This document shows, one piece after another, positions 36,085 through 49,960 of a stretch of 64,000 nucleotides of DNA (position 1 is its first letter; each line of letters begins with the position of its first letter). Source of the DNA: Okamejei kenojei. Its lineage: Eukaryota. Made by a program: the position numbers and the translations under genes. The notes under the pieces are model-generated. The model ran no database searches. It was not told where the DNA came from and saw only the letters and a list, made by a program, of their open reading frames with translations. The DNA is taken from assembly GCA_035221665.1 (NCBI GenBank), contig CM069155.1, forward strand, positions 33,418,001 through 33,482,000, given 5' to 3'.

Positions 36085-39000
36085 ATGGGGACTGAACTTC
36101 GAAAATTGTTCTCTCTGATAATGAGCGCTTGATGTCTTTTCATGGATGGGAAAACCCTCATGTAGGTCTCCCCTATTGTACTGTCGCGTTCTTCATACCT
36201 GCGCAGACACGACGGCTGGTGTTTTTTTGCAGACATCTTCAACCTCTCATTACTGACAGCCTGAGGTTTCCACACCTACTTTAAAAAGGCAATCCATAAT
36301 AACCGTGCCGCAAGAAGAGTAATTGAATTCCGTATGTCAACAAATACTCTCGTGAACTTCTACAGGTGTACGGTCGAAAGCATATTGACTGGTTCACCAT
36401 GGCCTGGTACAGCAACTTCAATGCCAGGAAACGAAATAAAATGTGAAGATCGCTGCCCAGACCCGCATCGATACTGACCTGCGCATACCTACAACGGGCT
36501 CATTTCATTTCTGCCAACAAGAAAGTTAGGAAAACTGACACTGTAATGCCAGGTTCAGAGCAGTTTCTTTCCCAGCAATCCAATCAGGAAGGCTATTGAA
36601 CACTAAAAACTCCCACATAAACAAGAGGTCTGCTCCTGGATTGCACGAGGACTTTGACTTATTTTTGATTTAGCACATATCATATTTTATTTAAGAACTT
36701 TATTTGTACAGTGTTTACAAACCTGTTTTGTGCTGCCTGCAAGTAGGCATTTAATTGTTCCGTGTATCGGAACATATGATGAGAAAATACTCCTGATGTC
36801 TCTTGACTGCCATGACTTTGTTCAAATGTAAGCTCATCTCCCATTTGGAGGTCACCTGCCATAAACAGCTAAAAACAATGCAAGCCGCTCATAACATTGG
36901 GCTTCTGGATATTCACTAAGGCATCAGGCACATTGATGCAGCAATCAGGATAACGAGTAGGCAGCTCAAATGTCACATTTGATGCCACTGATCACTTTCT
37001 AGAGCTTTAATTTAACAATTTTTCAAACGTAATTTGTGAAGTAATGTTGAAAATGAAAAAAATGCATGCTGAGGTGGGATTAAAAAGTAAATCGTATTCA
37101 GAACAGGCAGATCGACCTTTAGCAATCCATCCCGTATCATTATCTGAGATCTTTATAAGTATATAATTATTTCCACCTCAAATAAGACTGGTTTGAATTC
37201 ATCTTAAACCAATAAATGATGCCCTTACATAAAAAAGGCAAAGGCAACAGTTTCAACACAGATTTTGTTGTATTAACTCAGAATAACACATCCTGCATGG
37301 AATTTTGACATGCTTTTAGTACAAATTGCATCTTTAATTTAACCTAGAAACATAGAAACATAGAAATTATGTGCAGTAGTAGGCATTTCAGCCCCGTCTA
37401 GCCTGCACCGTCCATGTTCAATATGATCATGGCTGATCATCCAATAACCTCGGTTTACAGCTCGGCACTAATCTTAAGCCAGAATTATCCTTCTTGTTTA
37501 TGTTTTTCCACCCTTCGCAATGCACTTACATCACTAATTTGTGCTGTCTGTATGTTCCGATTCGTCTGTCATAGAGTCATAGTGAGAACAAACAGGACCT
37601 CGACCCAACTTATGGCAACACCGTACCAAACCAATCATGTCCCATCCATACTATTCCCACCTGCCTGCATTTTGCCCATATCCCTAATCTTTCCATGAAC
37701 CTAGTCTAATGTTTCTTAAACAATGCGATAGGAAACCTTGCTTCAACTACCTCCTCCGGCACCTCGTTCATACAACCGGCCGCCCCTTTGTGTAAAACAA
37801 AGTTGCCCTCTTGTCCTATTAAGTATTTTCCCCACCACTCACCCATGCACCCTTATTGTCTCGATCCCCTACACTGAAAGAGACATCTGTTTGCGTTTAC
37901 CCAATCTATTCCCTTAATAATTTTGTACACCTCTATAAAATCACCCCCTCATCCTCCTTCTTCTTCTTCTTTTCGTGTGTCACTGCGCAGCCAAATTGTT
38001 GGACAACTGTTTCTATCTGATCTTCCGTTTGGCACGTCCGAGTTGATTGCATTGTTGAAAACGGGGCGACCACGTGAAGGTTGCAATCTCCACCCCACCC
38101 TCATCCTCCAGCTCTCCAAAGGAGTAGAGCCAGCTTGCTCAACCTCTCCTATAGCTTTCTGCCTTCAATACATGTTTGTATTTAAAAAATAATCTTTGCC
38201 GACAATCTCAGGTTTGTCCATGTTTACATTTATTAATTATCTTCTTTCATATATGATTGAACATGTCACAATCCACTGGACATCATAGATCGATCGTAAT
38301 GCAATAATCTTGCGATTTATTTATTGTGTTCTCTTAATAGCCTTTGCATCAGTTTAATGAACACCCAACCTCTGAACCTGCCTGCGAGAAACTGATAAAA
38401 TGAACTTGCCCAGGTGGGCCTTCCACACATACAGGAATAAATATCCAGCATCAATGTCAAATTCACAAGCAATTAGAATTAAAATATTTTTTAGATGGCT
38501 TTTTGGCGCCAAGGAGTATTGGTATTAATGAGGAAGAACGATAAGGGTGAATAAGACTATACTTTAGACTTTAGGAATACAGTGCAGAAATAGGCACTTG
38601 GGCCCACCGTGTTGACACCGACCAAACGCATTCCCTGTCCGGTTACACTAACACACTAGGGAAATTTACCATTATACCAAAAAATTAAGTACAAACCTAC
38701 GTCTTTAGGAGTGTGGGAGGAAACCGGAGCACCCGAGAAATTTTTAACGCAGTCACAGGAGAAGGTACAAACTCCGTACAGACAAGCTCCATAGTCAGAT
38801 CAAACCCTGGTTCCTGGGGCAGTAAGCAGCAACTCTACACGTGCTCTTCTGTGCCACCGAATATTGTGGGCTGCAGATTATTTGTGACCGGGCAAACTGA
38901 AAAACAAATGTTAACATATATCAGTTTTCATATGTTTGTTGTGCCTGTAGTTTTTTTTCTTGCAATACTTTTACAGAATAAGTGCTTTCTTGGTACCAAA

Positions 39001-42000
39001 GGATCCCACACCAGGGCTCTCCCTTGGAAAAGAAAATAAGATAAATTGGGAATTCGAGCATCCTCCACTGGCAAACCCTGATTTTTGAAGACTGCAGACT
39101 TCCACGGGAAAATGTATTGGGTGAAACCATGACTTGGATTCAAAATAGCCATGGTATGAGCTTTACTATTGAACATCTATGTATAAAATTTGTTCTGATT
39201 GAAGTATGGAATACCACAAACTGACATTTGAACCTTGAATTTCACCTCATAATCTACGGTTGTGAACACAAAACAATGTATGTTGAATCATTGCGTGTGA
39301 GCACCCATGTACATGAACTAACCGATGTTAAAGCACAAAGTGCTGAGTAACTCAGTGAGGTAGCAACATCTTTGAAAGCATAGGAAGGCGACAATTTCGG
39401 GAAGCACACTTTGGCCTGCCCCCCATCCTCTCTCCCAGCTTTACACCCCCCCCCCCACCCCCCCCCTACAATCAGTCTGAGGAAGGGTGCCGAACCCGAA
39501 ATTTGAAACATCACCTATCCATGTTGGGTTCTGCACCCTTCTTCAGGCTGATGGAGTAGAGGGAGTGGTTGTAGAGGAGAGGTGATGGAAAGGGATGGTG
39601 CAAGAGCTAGGTGATAGTTGGTTCCAATGAAAGGTGGTGAATAACTTTCCTCTTTAATAAACTTTGTATGAATGGCAAGAAAATACACAAATATATGCAA
39701 AAATGTGTAACAGAACGCATTGGGCTCGGGACTTGATGCAATGAGATTTAACATCTAAAGGAAAAAGCATCTACAGTTTCTCATTATTATTTCAGTTTAG
39801 CTATAAAGATTATTAGGAAAAACAAGAAGAATGTAAGCAAAGGTATGCAAACTTTTTCCCCTGAATCTCATGCTTGGAAAAGGTGAGCAGGTTAGAGTAT
39901 CAAATTGAATATTGAATGTCAAGTCAAGCTAACCGAGATTAGCTGATTTTTTAAAAGCAATACTAACGTGTTACATGAACATTTTTCTGAGGATGATAAT
40001 ATAATGCCTGACTGATTATAGAGTAATAGAGTGATACAGTGAGAAGCCAGCCCCGTTTCGCCCAACACGTCCCACACCGCCAACAATTCCCAGCTACCCT
40101 AGTTCCCACTTGCCTGCCTGTCATAACCCTCCAACCTGTCCTATCCATGTACCTGTCCGACTGTTTTCATAAACGATGGGATAGCCCAACCTCAACTAAC
40201 TCCTCTGGCAGCTTGTTCATCAAACGCCCACCACCCTCTGTTGGAAAATTTACCCCCCTCGGATTCCTATTAAATCTTTTCCCTTCACCATAAACCTATG
40301 TCCTCTGGTCCTCGATTCCCCTATCTGGGTAATAAGACTGTGCATCTGCCTGATAATTCCTCTCATGATTTAGCACGCAGCAAAAGGTTTTCACTGTACC
40401 TAGATTCCATGTGACAATATACAAAACTAAACAGTTACTGTATAAATTCACATTAGTTGTTGATAAAAACTGGGAGGGCCTTATGAACGGTTCCACTTGA
40501 AGAAAACAGAACAAATCATGAGGGACAGAGGGTGCAAGTGGGTTGTGGGATTGTGAGTGGGGTGGGCTGGGGCAGGCAGAGGAAGAGAGGAAAGAGCAGA
40601 GGGAGTGACGAGAAGTGGAAGTATGGACAAGCGGTGAGAGAGGAGGAAGGGGAGAGTCCAGGAGATGAAATAGCGAGGGGAAAAAAAATGGGAAGAGTGT
40701 GAGAGCGGAAGGTGTCAAGCTGAGATGTCACCCGTGGGAAGGAGAAGGATGGGGGGAGCTGTAAGAGAGAAAAGAAAAACGGGGAGATAATAGGGGAGCC
40801 AAGAGGAAGAAATTGACAGTCTTTCATTTTCCTCTCCTCATGGTGGCTGAATGTTTCTATTTTGATGTTTTTTTTAATTTTTTGTCTCCAGCTGCCAGTT
40901 TTTAGAGTTATGTTTGAGTACTTTGATAACGTTTGTCTTCACCCTAACTACCACAGGCATTTTCTTTGCTTCTCTCCACATCCCCCTCCTAAACAGCTTT
41001 AAAATCACACTTGCTTTCTCACTTTGCCTGCTGAGATTAAAAAGCTTCTCAACGAGGAGAAACGTTGTCTCTGCTTCCGTCCCCACGGATGCTACTTGAG
41101 CACTGAGCTTTTTTTGTGTTCTTGTGATATGTTTCCAAAGCAATTTGCTTTTCCATTTGAACATTTTGTGAATGTGTAATTAACAAACGTGAAAGCCTCT
41201 GAGTTATAGGTTTGAGAGCATAGTTAGAGAGAGCACGTTACCCCTGCCAGAAATTAAGAATATTTTTTCAGCACTTAACTATAAATTAGGCTGTTCACTC
41301 GTCCAGAATGCTGTTAAGTTTTTTCAGTTGAAAATTTCAGGACTGAATTTCACAAAGAGTATTGACAAACAGCTCTCTTTGAGATATATCCAATCATGAT
41401 TTATTTAAATAATGGGTGATATCTACAGCAGTCTGATTATTCAAACTTGTGGAACTATTAAAAAAAACGCCAATAGTTTAGGTTAGAGAAACAGCCCCCT
41501 TCAGCCCACCAAGTCCGCACCGACCAGCAATCTCCATGCACATTAGTTCTATGCTACACATTGGTACAATTTCCAAAGCAAAATGAACCTACAAACCTGC
41601 ACGCCTTTGCAAAATGGGAGGAATAATGGAGCGCCAGAGAAAACACATGCAGTCACAGGGAGAACGTGCAAACTCGGAACAGACAGCCAAACCTGGTTTC
41701 AAGCGTGTATGGCAGCAGTTCTACTGCTCCGCGACTCTGCTGCATGCAATAGGGCTCTGCAAATGGCCTCCATGTTTTTGCTGCTTTAAGTGAATGAATG
41801 TGGGTTTACATAGAAATATAAGAAAATAGGTGCAGGAATAGGCCATTCGTGCCTTTTCGAGCCAGCACTGCCTTTCAATATGATCATGGCTAATCATCCA
41901 AAATCAGTACCCCGTTCCTGCTTTCTCCCCATATCTCTTGATTCCGTTAGCCCTAAGAGCTATATCTAACTTCTCTCTTGAATTACATCCAGTGAATTGG

Positions 42001-45000
42001 CTTCCCACTGCCTTCTGTGGTAGAGGAATTCCACAGATTCACAACTATCGGTGGGTGAAAAAAGGTTTTCCTCATCTCAGTCCTAAATGGCCCCTACCCC
42101 CTATTCTTAAACTGTGACCCCTGGTTTTGGGTCGTCCCAACATCAGGAACTTTTTCCTGCATCTAGCCTGTCCAAATCGCTTAAGAAATGTATATGTTTC
42201 TATAAGATCCCCTTTCATCCTTCCAAATTCCAGTGAATACAAGCCCAGTCGATCCATGGTTGGAATAATAGTGTGGTTGTCCAGTTGTTTGAATCTTGCA
42301 AATCAAGCACGTGTAATTGAGCATCTGAGAGGAACAAGTGCATGCCCTCAACAATAGGTCACAGTCTTTATTTGGACCTGAATAAGATCATTAATTTCAA
42401 GAAAAAGCTTACATCAAGATGTTTATACATGAAAATGTTGAGGGCTTCCTGGTAAAAGAAAACAAACTTCCTCAATTTTGAAATAATTTTCTTTACACCA
42501 GCAAACCTCATGTAGGCATATCCTGATCTACCCTCCAAATAAAAGGCAAGGTGTAAGTGCGGACACAAGAAACTACAGTTGCTTATTGGCAGGAAAAAAC
42601 ACAAAGTACTGGAGTAACACAGTGGCCCGAAACATCACCTATCCATGTACTCCAGAGATACTGCCTGACCCGCTGAGTGGATACTCTACCAACACTTATT
42701 TTTTTTTCCAGGTATAGATGTGCTACTTTAAGATGAGCTTGGTCTGATAATTTTACAGAGTACAATATTATAATGCTGTAAAAAAGCGTGCTAGAGCAAC
42801 TCAGTGGGTCAGGCAGCATCTCTGGAGAGGCATGGATAGCGTGTCGTTTTGCTTTGGGTCCCTTCTTCGGGCTGGTGTAATATAATGTTGTTACTTGTTT
42901 GTAAAGGCATACTTTTAAATTATATTTTGCTTCATGAAAGCTATGTTTTAATTTTTTTCTTTTGCTACAAATTGTTTTTCTGGTTAATTAACCTGAGGTA
43001 TAGAAGTTGGGAGGTCATGTTGCAGTTGCATAAGACTTTGGTGAGGACGCATTTTGAGTATTGTGTGCAGTTATGGGTACTATGCAATAGGAAAGATGTT
43101 GTCAAGCTGGAAAAGGTACAGAGAAGATTTACTAGGATGGTGCCAGGACTGGAGAGCCTGAGTTATAGGGAGAGGTTGAGTAGGCTTGGACTCTTCCTTG
43201 GAGAGCAGGAGGATGAGGTGTGATCTTATAGAGGTGTATAAAATCACGAGAGGAATAGATCGGGTAGATACACTGAGTCTCTTGGCTTAGAGTAAGTGAA
43301 TCGAAGACCAGAGGACATCGCTTGAGGAGAAGGGAAAAGATTTAATAATCGGAACCTGAGGGGTAACTTTTTCACACAAAGGGTGATGGGTGTATGGAAC
43401 AAGATGCAGAGGAGGTAGTTGAGGCAGGGACTATACCAACATTTAAGAATAGTTAGACAGGTACATGGATAGGACAGGGTTGAAGAGATATGATCAAATG
43501 CAGGCAGGTGGGACTAATGTTGCAGGAACATAGACAAAGGTGCTGGAGAAACTCAGCGGGTGCAGCAGCATCAATGGAGCGAAGGAAATAGGCAACGTTT
43601 CGGGCCAAAACCCTTCTTCAGTTGTAGGGACATGTTGTCCGGTGGGGGCATGTTGGGCAGAAGGGCCTGTTTCTACACTGTATCACTCTATGACTCTATA
43701 ACTCTTTGCCTATATGTTCCGTCAAATGGCTTAAGGCATTTCTTGGGTTAGACAAGGAATACAGTGAGCATAGCCATGCATTCAGTGATCTATCCTTGGC
43801 GTGAGAATGTGAGTTGGAGCCAGAGACCATAAACAAAGTCATGCTTGGTTGGATTCTCCATGTAGCAACTGAATAAATACATCCGTAATCTCTGGATCAT
43901 AATTCAAGGCATTTAATTGTCATGTTCGAAAGATTAAAAAGTGTTCAGTACAGCATGGCCTCTGTGCTCTTTTTAACATCCTATTTTTATTGAACACAAA
44001 ACCTTTTTTTTTAGAAAAGCATTTTCTTTTGGCCCCATGAAAGCTAGCTAGTGGAACTGAATTAATTCACAAGTTTTTTACATTAATTACCGTTTTAATT
44101 TTAGTCGCCTGGTGAAGGTATGGGCTAAGACACAGGGTTTTATTGTTTTAATCTGAGATTGGTGTTCTATTTTTTGCTTTTTTCAGATTCTTTGTCACTT
44201 GTGAGTCATGCACAGTTCATACTATCAAGGTCTATACTTAGACTTGTTCTTGCTTTATAATGTGTTATTTGTTCGCACCCTCTTCAAAGATTTTTCAGAG
44301 AGAGAAATTCCTTGCCTTTCACTATTCCCTTCCATTAGACTCTTTCCAATTTTAGAAACCCAATTACTGCATGATGCAATGAGCTTTGTATGTCCTGCAA
44401 GTCTCTCTTTGTATAAAATATGGGTACAGGTACACCATGGATTTTCCAACACCCTTGGTTCCAGAGCCTTGCCGGATGCTCCATTTTGTTGGACCAACAG
44501 AGGTCACGTAATAATAATTCAACAATCTGACCCACTAACTAATTGTACCTCTCCCGTGTCTCTTAATCACCATTGGCTGTTAGAAACCTAAATAAAGGAT
44601 TACTTATTTACTGCCTATTCTGCCTCCTGGCATGTAGGGCAGCAACGAAGGTCCTCCACTCAGTAGTGTTGATTCCTTCAGTTGCTGTTTCTGTAACATG
44701 TGTGTTTTAAGAGACGTGGTTGTTAGTCCTGTCCTCAACCTCCAACCTTGAGGACCAGTGGATCGCTCTTCGTCTCGCCTCTGCCTTCGACCTGTCCAGC
44801 ATGGCAGACCCTAACAGGAGCGAATCTCCCGCTGGCGTAGTCCGGGGGTCACTGAGACACACAAACTCCCCCCCCCCCCCCCCCCCCCCTCCCCCCCCCC
44901 GACCACGACAAGGGGCTGCAATCCAACGGGGAGAAATAGAGGATTAACAATTAACAAACAAGTTAACAATGAACTCTTTCAGCATGGAGGCACTCGACCC

Positions 45001-48000
45001 AAAAGGAAGTGCGCCACACAAAATGCTGTCGTAATTTTGTCTGGAATAATGGAGGTGCCTGACCACCATGCGCTGGAAAATCAGTGGTGGACCTGTATCT
45101 AACCATGGGTCCATTTTTGTTGCAGAGGTGTACAGTTCCAGATTAATATTTGCAAGGGAGAGAGGAGGGAAGGTGGCGATCTGCAGGAGACTTTCTTACC
45201 CATATTCTATTTGATGCCATGAGATTCATAGGATCTGGAGTTGATTTGGTGGATCCCACATCTTATTTCCCACTGTACAACCATTTCTGGTAGGATAGGA
45301 CGTGCCTTGTGGTTGTGATGGAGGAGTCAGGTACATTGTACGGAGGGTATCATTTTGTGAGCAGGTTGACAACAGTTATTTCAGTTTAGTTTAGAGATAC
45401 AGTGAGGAAACAGGCCCTTTGGCCCACCAAGTCTTACCAAACTGCCCGGATTCCGACCAAAACAAACCTAAATACGGTGTGTTCGATCCGGAAGAGGGCG
45501 GGAAGAAAAATGACAAAAATACAATAAACGGGGAAGGGCGGGGGGGCTTAGGGAGCGGGACGGCGGGCCCCCGCCCCCCCCCCCCCCCCCCCAAAAGTGG
45601 TTGGGACACAGCGGGAACGAGCGGCGGTATCCGGGAAGGGCGGGAGCGGGTGCACACAAGGGCGGGCAGCGGGGGAACGAGCATTAACAGGGGACAATTT
45701 ACACACATACACCAAGCCAATTAAAACCTAATACCCTGGACGTCTTTGGAGTGTGGGATTCAGTAGAAACGGGAAGAATCTCAGAGAAAAAAGAGGGAAA
45801 TCCCACGCGGTCACGTGGAGAACAATGCCAAAAACTCTCCGTACAGACAGCACCCGTAGTCAGGATCGAAACCGGTTCTCCAGCGCTGTCAGGCAGCAAC
45901 TCTATCGCCGCGCCAGCGTGCCGTCCACGATTGCGTTAATGTTGTCGACTCTGTAGAGGGATTGCATCACGTCTTACAACAGTGCATTTTTGAAAAATCG
46001 AAGGCAGGTCGCTTGTTATGAAGGAAGTCCCAGTTAGAGATGGTGGTTGGCAATGTACACTCTTTCTTTCATTACATAGCCTTGTTTTTAATTCAATGTC
46101 TTACTATATTACAGAATCTTAGATAGTTAATAAAGGAGATACTGAGATAATGGCCGCATGATAAAGCGCTTTGGGGCATCATCTCCCGTCAATATCTTTT
46201 TTCCTCTTGCTTGGCTCCTTTTAAAAAAAACACACAAAGACTATCTCAACAATGTTTTGATGATCTGTCCTAATAACGTCTAATGTGGCTTGGTGTCAAA
46301 TTGTTATTGGCAATGCTCTTGTGAAGTGCCAAGAGTTGTTTTATTGCATTGAAGGGAGCGAATAAATGAAAGTTGTTGATGTGGATAAGACGGGCACAGT
46401 TTGCCACACAGGAACATCAATCCTGTAGTGAAAGATTGCTGCTTTGAAGGGGGTGGAGGCAACCTGGAACTGTCCGTGAGCTGTCACGGGCGGTGGCTCC
46501 GTGGCGCAGCGGTAGAGCCACTGCCATACAGCGCCAGAGACCCGGGTTCGATCCTGACTATCGGTGCTGTCTATACGGAGTTTGTACGTTCTCCCTGTGA
46601 CCTGCGTGGGTTTTCTCTGAGATCTTCTGTTTCCTCCCACACTCCAAAGACGTACAGGTTTGTAGGTTAATTGGCTTGGTATGAATGTAAAATGATCCAT
46701 AGTGTGTGTAGGGTAGTGTTAATGTGCGGGGATCACTGGTCGGTATGGACACGATGGGCCAAAGGGCTTGTTTCCGCGCGGCATCTCTAAACTAAACTAA
46801 ACTAAGTTGCTGGTGTTCATACAACAGGTGGCACTTTCTCCCTTTTTGCTGATCCGGAGCTTGTCTCGAGAGTTTATTTTATAGTTTGATCTCAATGGTT
46901 TAATGGTTCAGTAGTTCTTTATTGCCACGTGCACTGCACAGTGAATGTTTTTTGCGTAGCTTACACATGCACGGGTCGCCATATTTTAGCGCCATTTGCA
47001 AAAGTCCAAAGTCCGTCCGACACGCTCTATATACTGGAGCGACTCCCGATCCAGGTAAGGCCTAGGCTGCTGCAGGGCCTCCTCCGTTGCCCTCGACCAA
47101 GATTCAAGATTCAAGAGAGTTTATTGTCATGTGTCCCAGATAGGACAATGAAATTCTTACTTTGCTTCAGCACAACAGAATATAGTAGGCATGAATACAG
47201 AATAGATCAGTGTGTCCATATACCATTATATAAATATATACAGACTTGAATAAATAAGCAGATAAAGTGCAAATAAGCAGATAATGGTCTATTAATGTTC
47301 AGAGTTTTGTTTCAGTTGACTTTAATAACCTGATGGCTGTGGGGAAGAAGCTATTCCTGAACCTGGACGTTGCAGCCCTCAGGCTCATGTACCTTCTACC
47401 TGAAGGTAGCAGGGAGATGAGTGTGTGGACAGGATGGCGTGGGTCCTTGATGATGCTGCCAGCCTTTTTGATGCAGCGATAGATCCCCTCGATGGTGGGG
47501 AGGTCAGAGCCGATGATGGACTTTTTGAAGTATTTTCCTCTCCTGGGCGCTCAAGTTGCCGAACCAAGCCAGCATGCTCTCTAGTGTGCACCTGTTCAAG
47601 TTAGAGAGAGTCCTAGAGAGAAGAAGAGGTGCTGATGTGCTTTCTTTATAATTGCATCAGTGTTCACGTTCCAGGAGAGATCTTCAGAAATATGCACACG
47701 CAGGAATTTGAAGCTCTTGACCCTCTCCACCATCGACCCGTTGATATAAAAGGGACTGTGGGTCCCCATCCTACCCCTTCCAAAGTCCACAATCAGTTCC
47801 ATGGTTTTGCTGGTGTTTCACCATTTGGTCAGTCGGCCGATCTCTCTTCTATACTCTGACTCATCCCCATCAGTGATACGTCCCACAGCAGCGGTGTCTC
47901 CTGCTGCCGTCCTTGCAGACACCGGAGCAATTCCCCGGTCGGTCCCTCTCCTACGCCTCGCGTCCGCCGTCGTCAGCGTTTCCCTCCTCCTCAGCTCTTC

Positions 48001-48180
48001 TGTCTTCGAGGCCGAGCTCGATGGCTACCGAGCTTCTCCCTTGCAGGCGGCGGCCTGCCGGGTCCTCCTTGGCAGCGACGAGCCCTATCCTTATTCCTAA
48101 TCATTTTTGCAAACCCGCTGCACACGGGGCATTACTGACCGAACACTTAATGCAGCCGGCAGACCTAAAATGGCTGTGTC
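36085..48180 (+). repeat. Direct copy of 23375-35134 (probable overlapping contig/haplotig end)
   Basis: Colinear over about 12 kb including exon 6 and all repeats; indel density highest next to the gap. Confidence 0.9.
38977..39153 (+). pseudogene. ACADS: Second, indel-ridden copy of ACADS exon 6 inside the repeated segment (probable assembly artefact)
   Basis: Colinear with 26238-26408 but with many 1-2 bp indels and no open frame; flanks also duplicated. Confidence 0.85.
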
Positions 48181-48201
48181 GGAAAAGAGAAACAAAAACA
48201 T

Positions 48202-48235
<34 letters not shown>

Positions 48236-49294
48236 AGCAGACTTGCATTTATTCCGCATCTATCTGAGGTACATAAAATCTGGGAATCTTGAGGTTAATA
48301 ATAGATGCTTCAATCTCCAAGCACCAGCTCTCACACAAAGAGAACAAATGAAAAGCACAGTGCAGAATGTGTGTGTGTCAAGGTGTTTGGGGGAGGGGGA
48401 TCTATGAATGGTCTTTAGCAGCTGCCATAGATTTTCACAGAGTAGGCCCATTGTTAGCAGTTGAAAATGGTGCTAGTTTACTTTGATATTTTGCTCATGC
48501 TTTTCAACTGTATATATGTGACCACAGGGCTGAAGGAAAATAAAGAGTTTGGCAGCAAAGAGCCAAATCAACTATTTTTTAATTCTGTTTCATCAAAGGG
48601 AACTATTCAGTGGATTCTCAACCATCAACCCTCATCCTGCATTTTTGTACTATTATGTGATAGTAACCTTTGGTACAGAAATCAGACCTTCCTCTTGCTA
48701 AGTGTTACCACCCCCACAATGTAGGTTCTTCTCTCTGAAGTAGAACCTGCTTATTTCTGTGTTCTTGCATAGAGGGGCTCCGAAGTGAATTGCAGAAATC
48801 TTGTCATTAGTGTTTTTTGTTTAGACTTGCATCGTGTGCTTTAGAGGGCCATTGTACAAATTTTTACCAGCTGGGACTCATTAACATGACTTCAAAAGCA
48901 TGACCTGCGAGCGCTAAAAACAAAAGCAGAAAAATGCTGGAATTACTCGGAACATGCAGCATTTTTGAAAAAAATCCAACAATGGTTAAATCAGATCAAA
49001 ATAATCTTCAATGGCGAAAATAAAATTTTCAGTGCCAGCAAACCTGTTACCTGTAAATACAACACGAATCAACCATTTAAAAATGAAGAGCCCTTGAATG
49101 CATCAGCCCTCATGTTTACTGGAGCATTTAGCTGGGGAGTGCAGGTACTTCATGCCATTGTATGGGTTTTAATGTCGGCCTTTCAACTGTTAGAATGGAA
49201 ACAATAAAGCAGCAGGGGAGCTTGGACTAGTTTTCCTTTTTTCATTTCATCTTGTTTCCATAATAACATTGAATGCTGTTAGTCCCACATTATT

Positions 49295-49730
49295 TTAGTT
49301 TAGGCTATTGTCATGCGTACTGAGGTACAGTGAAAGGCCTTTGTTGCATGCTAACCAGTCAGCGGAAGGAAAATTCACGATTACAGTCGAGCCATTCTCA
49401 GTGTACAGATACATGATAAAGGGAATTTGAAAAGCATTTAGTGCAAGATAGAGCAGGTAAAGTCCGATCAAAGATATTCCGAGGGTCTCCAATGAGGTAG
49501 ATAGTAGTTCAGGACTGCTCTCTAGTCGTTGGTAGGATAGTTCAGTTGCCTGATTACTGATGGGAAGAAACTGTCCCTGAATCTGGAGATGTGCGTTTTC
49601 ACACTTCTGTACCTTTTGCCTGGTGGGAGATTGTGAAAAGAGGGAATGGCCAGGGTGCGATTCATCCTTGATTATGCTGGAGGCCTTGCCGAGGTACCAT
49701 GAGGAATAAATGGAATCTATGGAATGTAGG
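49295..49730 (-). mobile_element. Rex/Babar-type LINE 3' fragment
   Basis: SIDSIYSSWYLGKASSIIKDESHPGHSLFS plus tail. Confidence 0.8.
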
Positions 49731-49824
49731 CTGCTTTGTCTGAAGCACAATAGGATACATTTATTTGTAAAACCATTGTACATATATAGTCATACAGCTG
49801 TCGAAACAGACCCTGTGGCCCACT

Positions 49825-49960
49825 TCTTCTTCTTTCGTGTGGGTGCACAGCCTAAAGTTGTAGGACAACTTGTTCTCTTTGATCTTCTGTTTGTGCACAT
49901 CGAGCTGATTGCATTAGTCGAAACGGGGCGGACCACGTGAAAGTTGCAATCTCCCACCCC
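49825..49960 (-). mobile_element. Second independent copy of the ribozyme-headed 136-bp retroposon
   Basis: TSD ctgtggcccact at 49813-49824 and 49961-49972; same 5' start GGGGTGGGAG; (GAA)n tail; inserted in a SINE tail. Confidence 0.85.
49907..49960 (-). ncRNA. Putative minimal HDV-like ribozyme (54 nt), copy 2
   Basis: GGGGUGG-GA-GAUUGCA-ACU-UUCACGU-GGU-CCGCCCC-GUUUCGA-CUAA-UGCAAUC; P4 reduced to U-UUCG-A. Confidence 0.75.

Noticed and set aside
37958-38095. Third copy of the ribozyme retroposon
   Set aside because: Same insertion site as 25222-25361 within the duplicated block; not an independent event
38977-39153. Alternative or mutually exclusive exon 6
   Set aside because: Multiple frameshifts, and it lies in the error-rich repeated contig end
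45435-45690. GC-rich insert within a SINE, present only in copy 2
   Set aside because: Fragments of the expected SINE sequence are interleaved with noise, typical of a low-quality long-read segment
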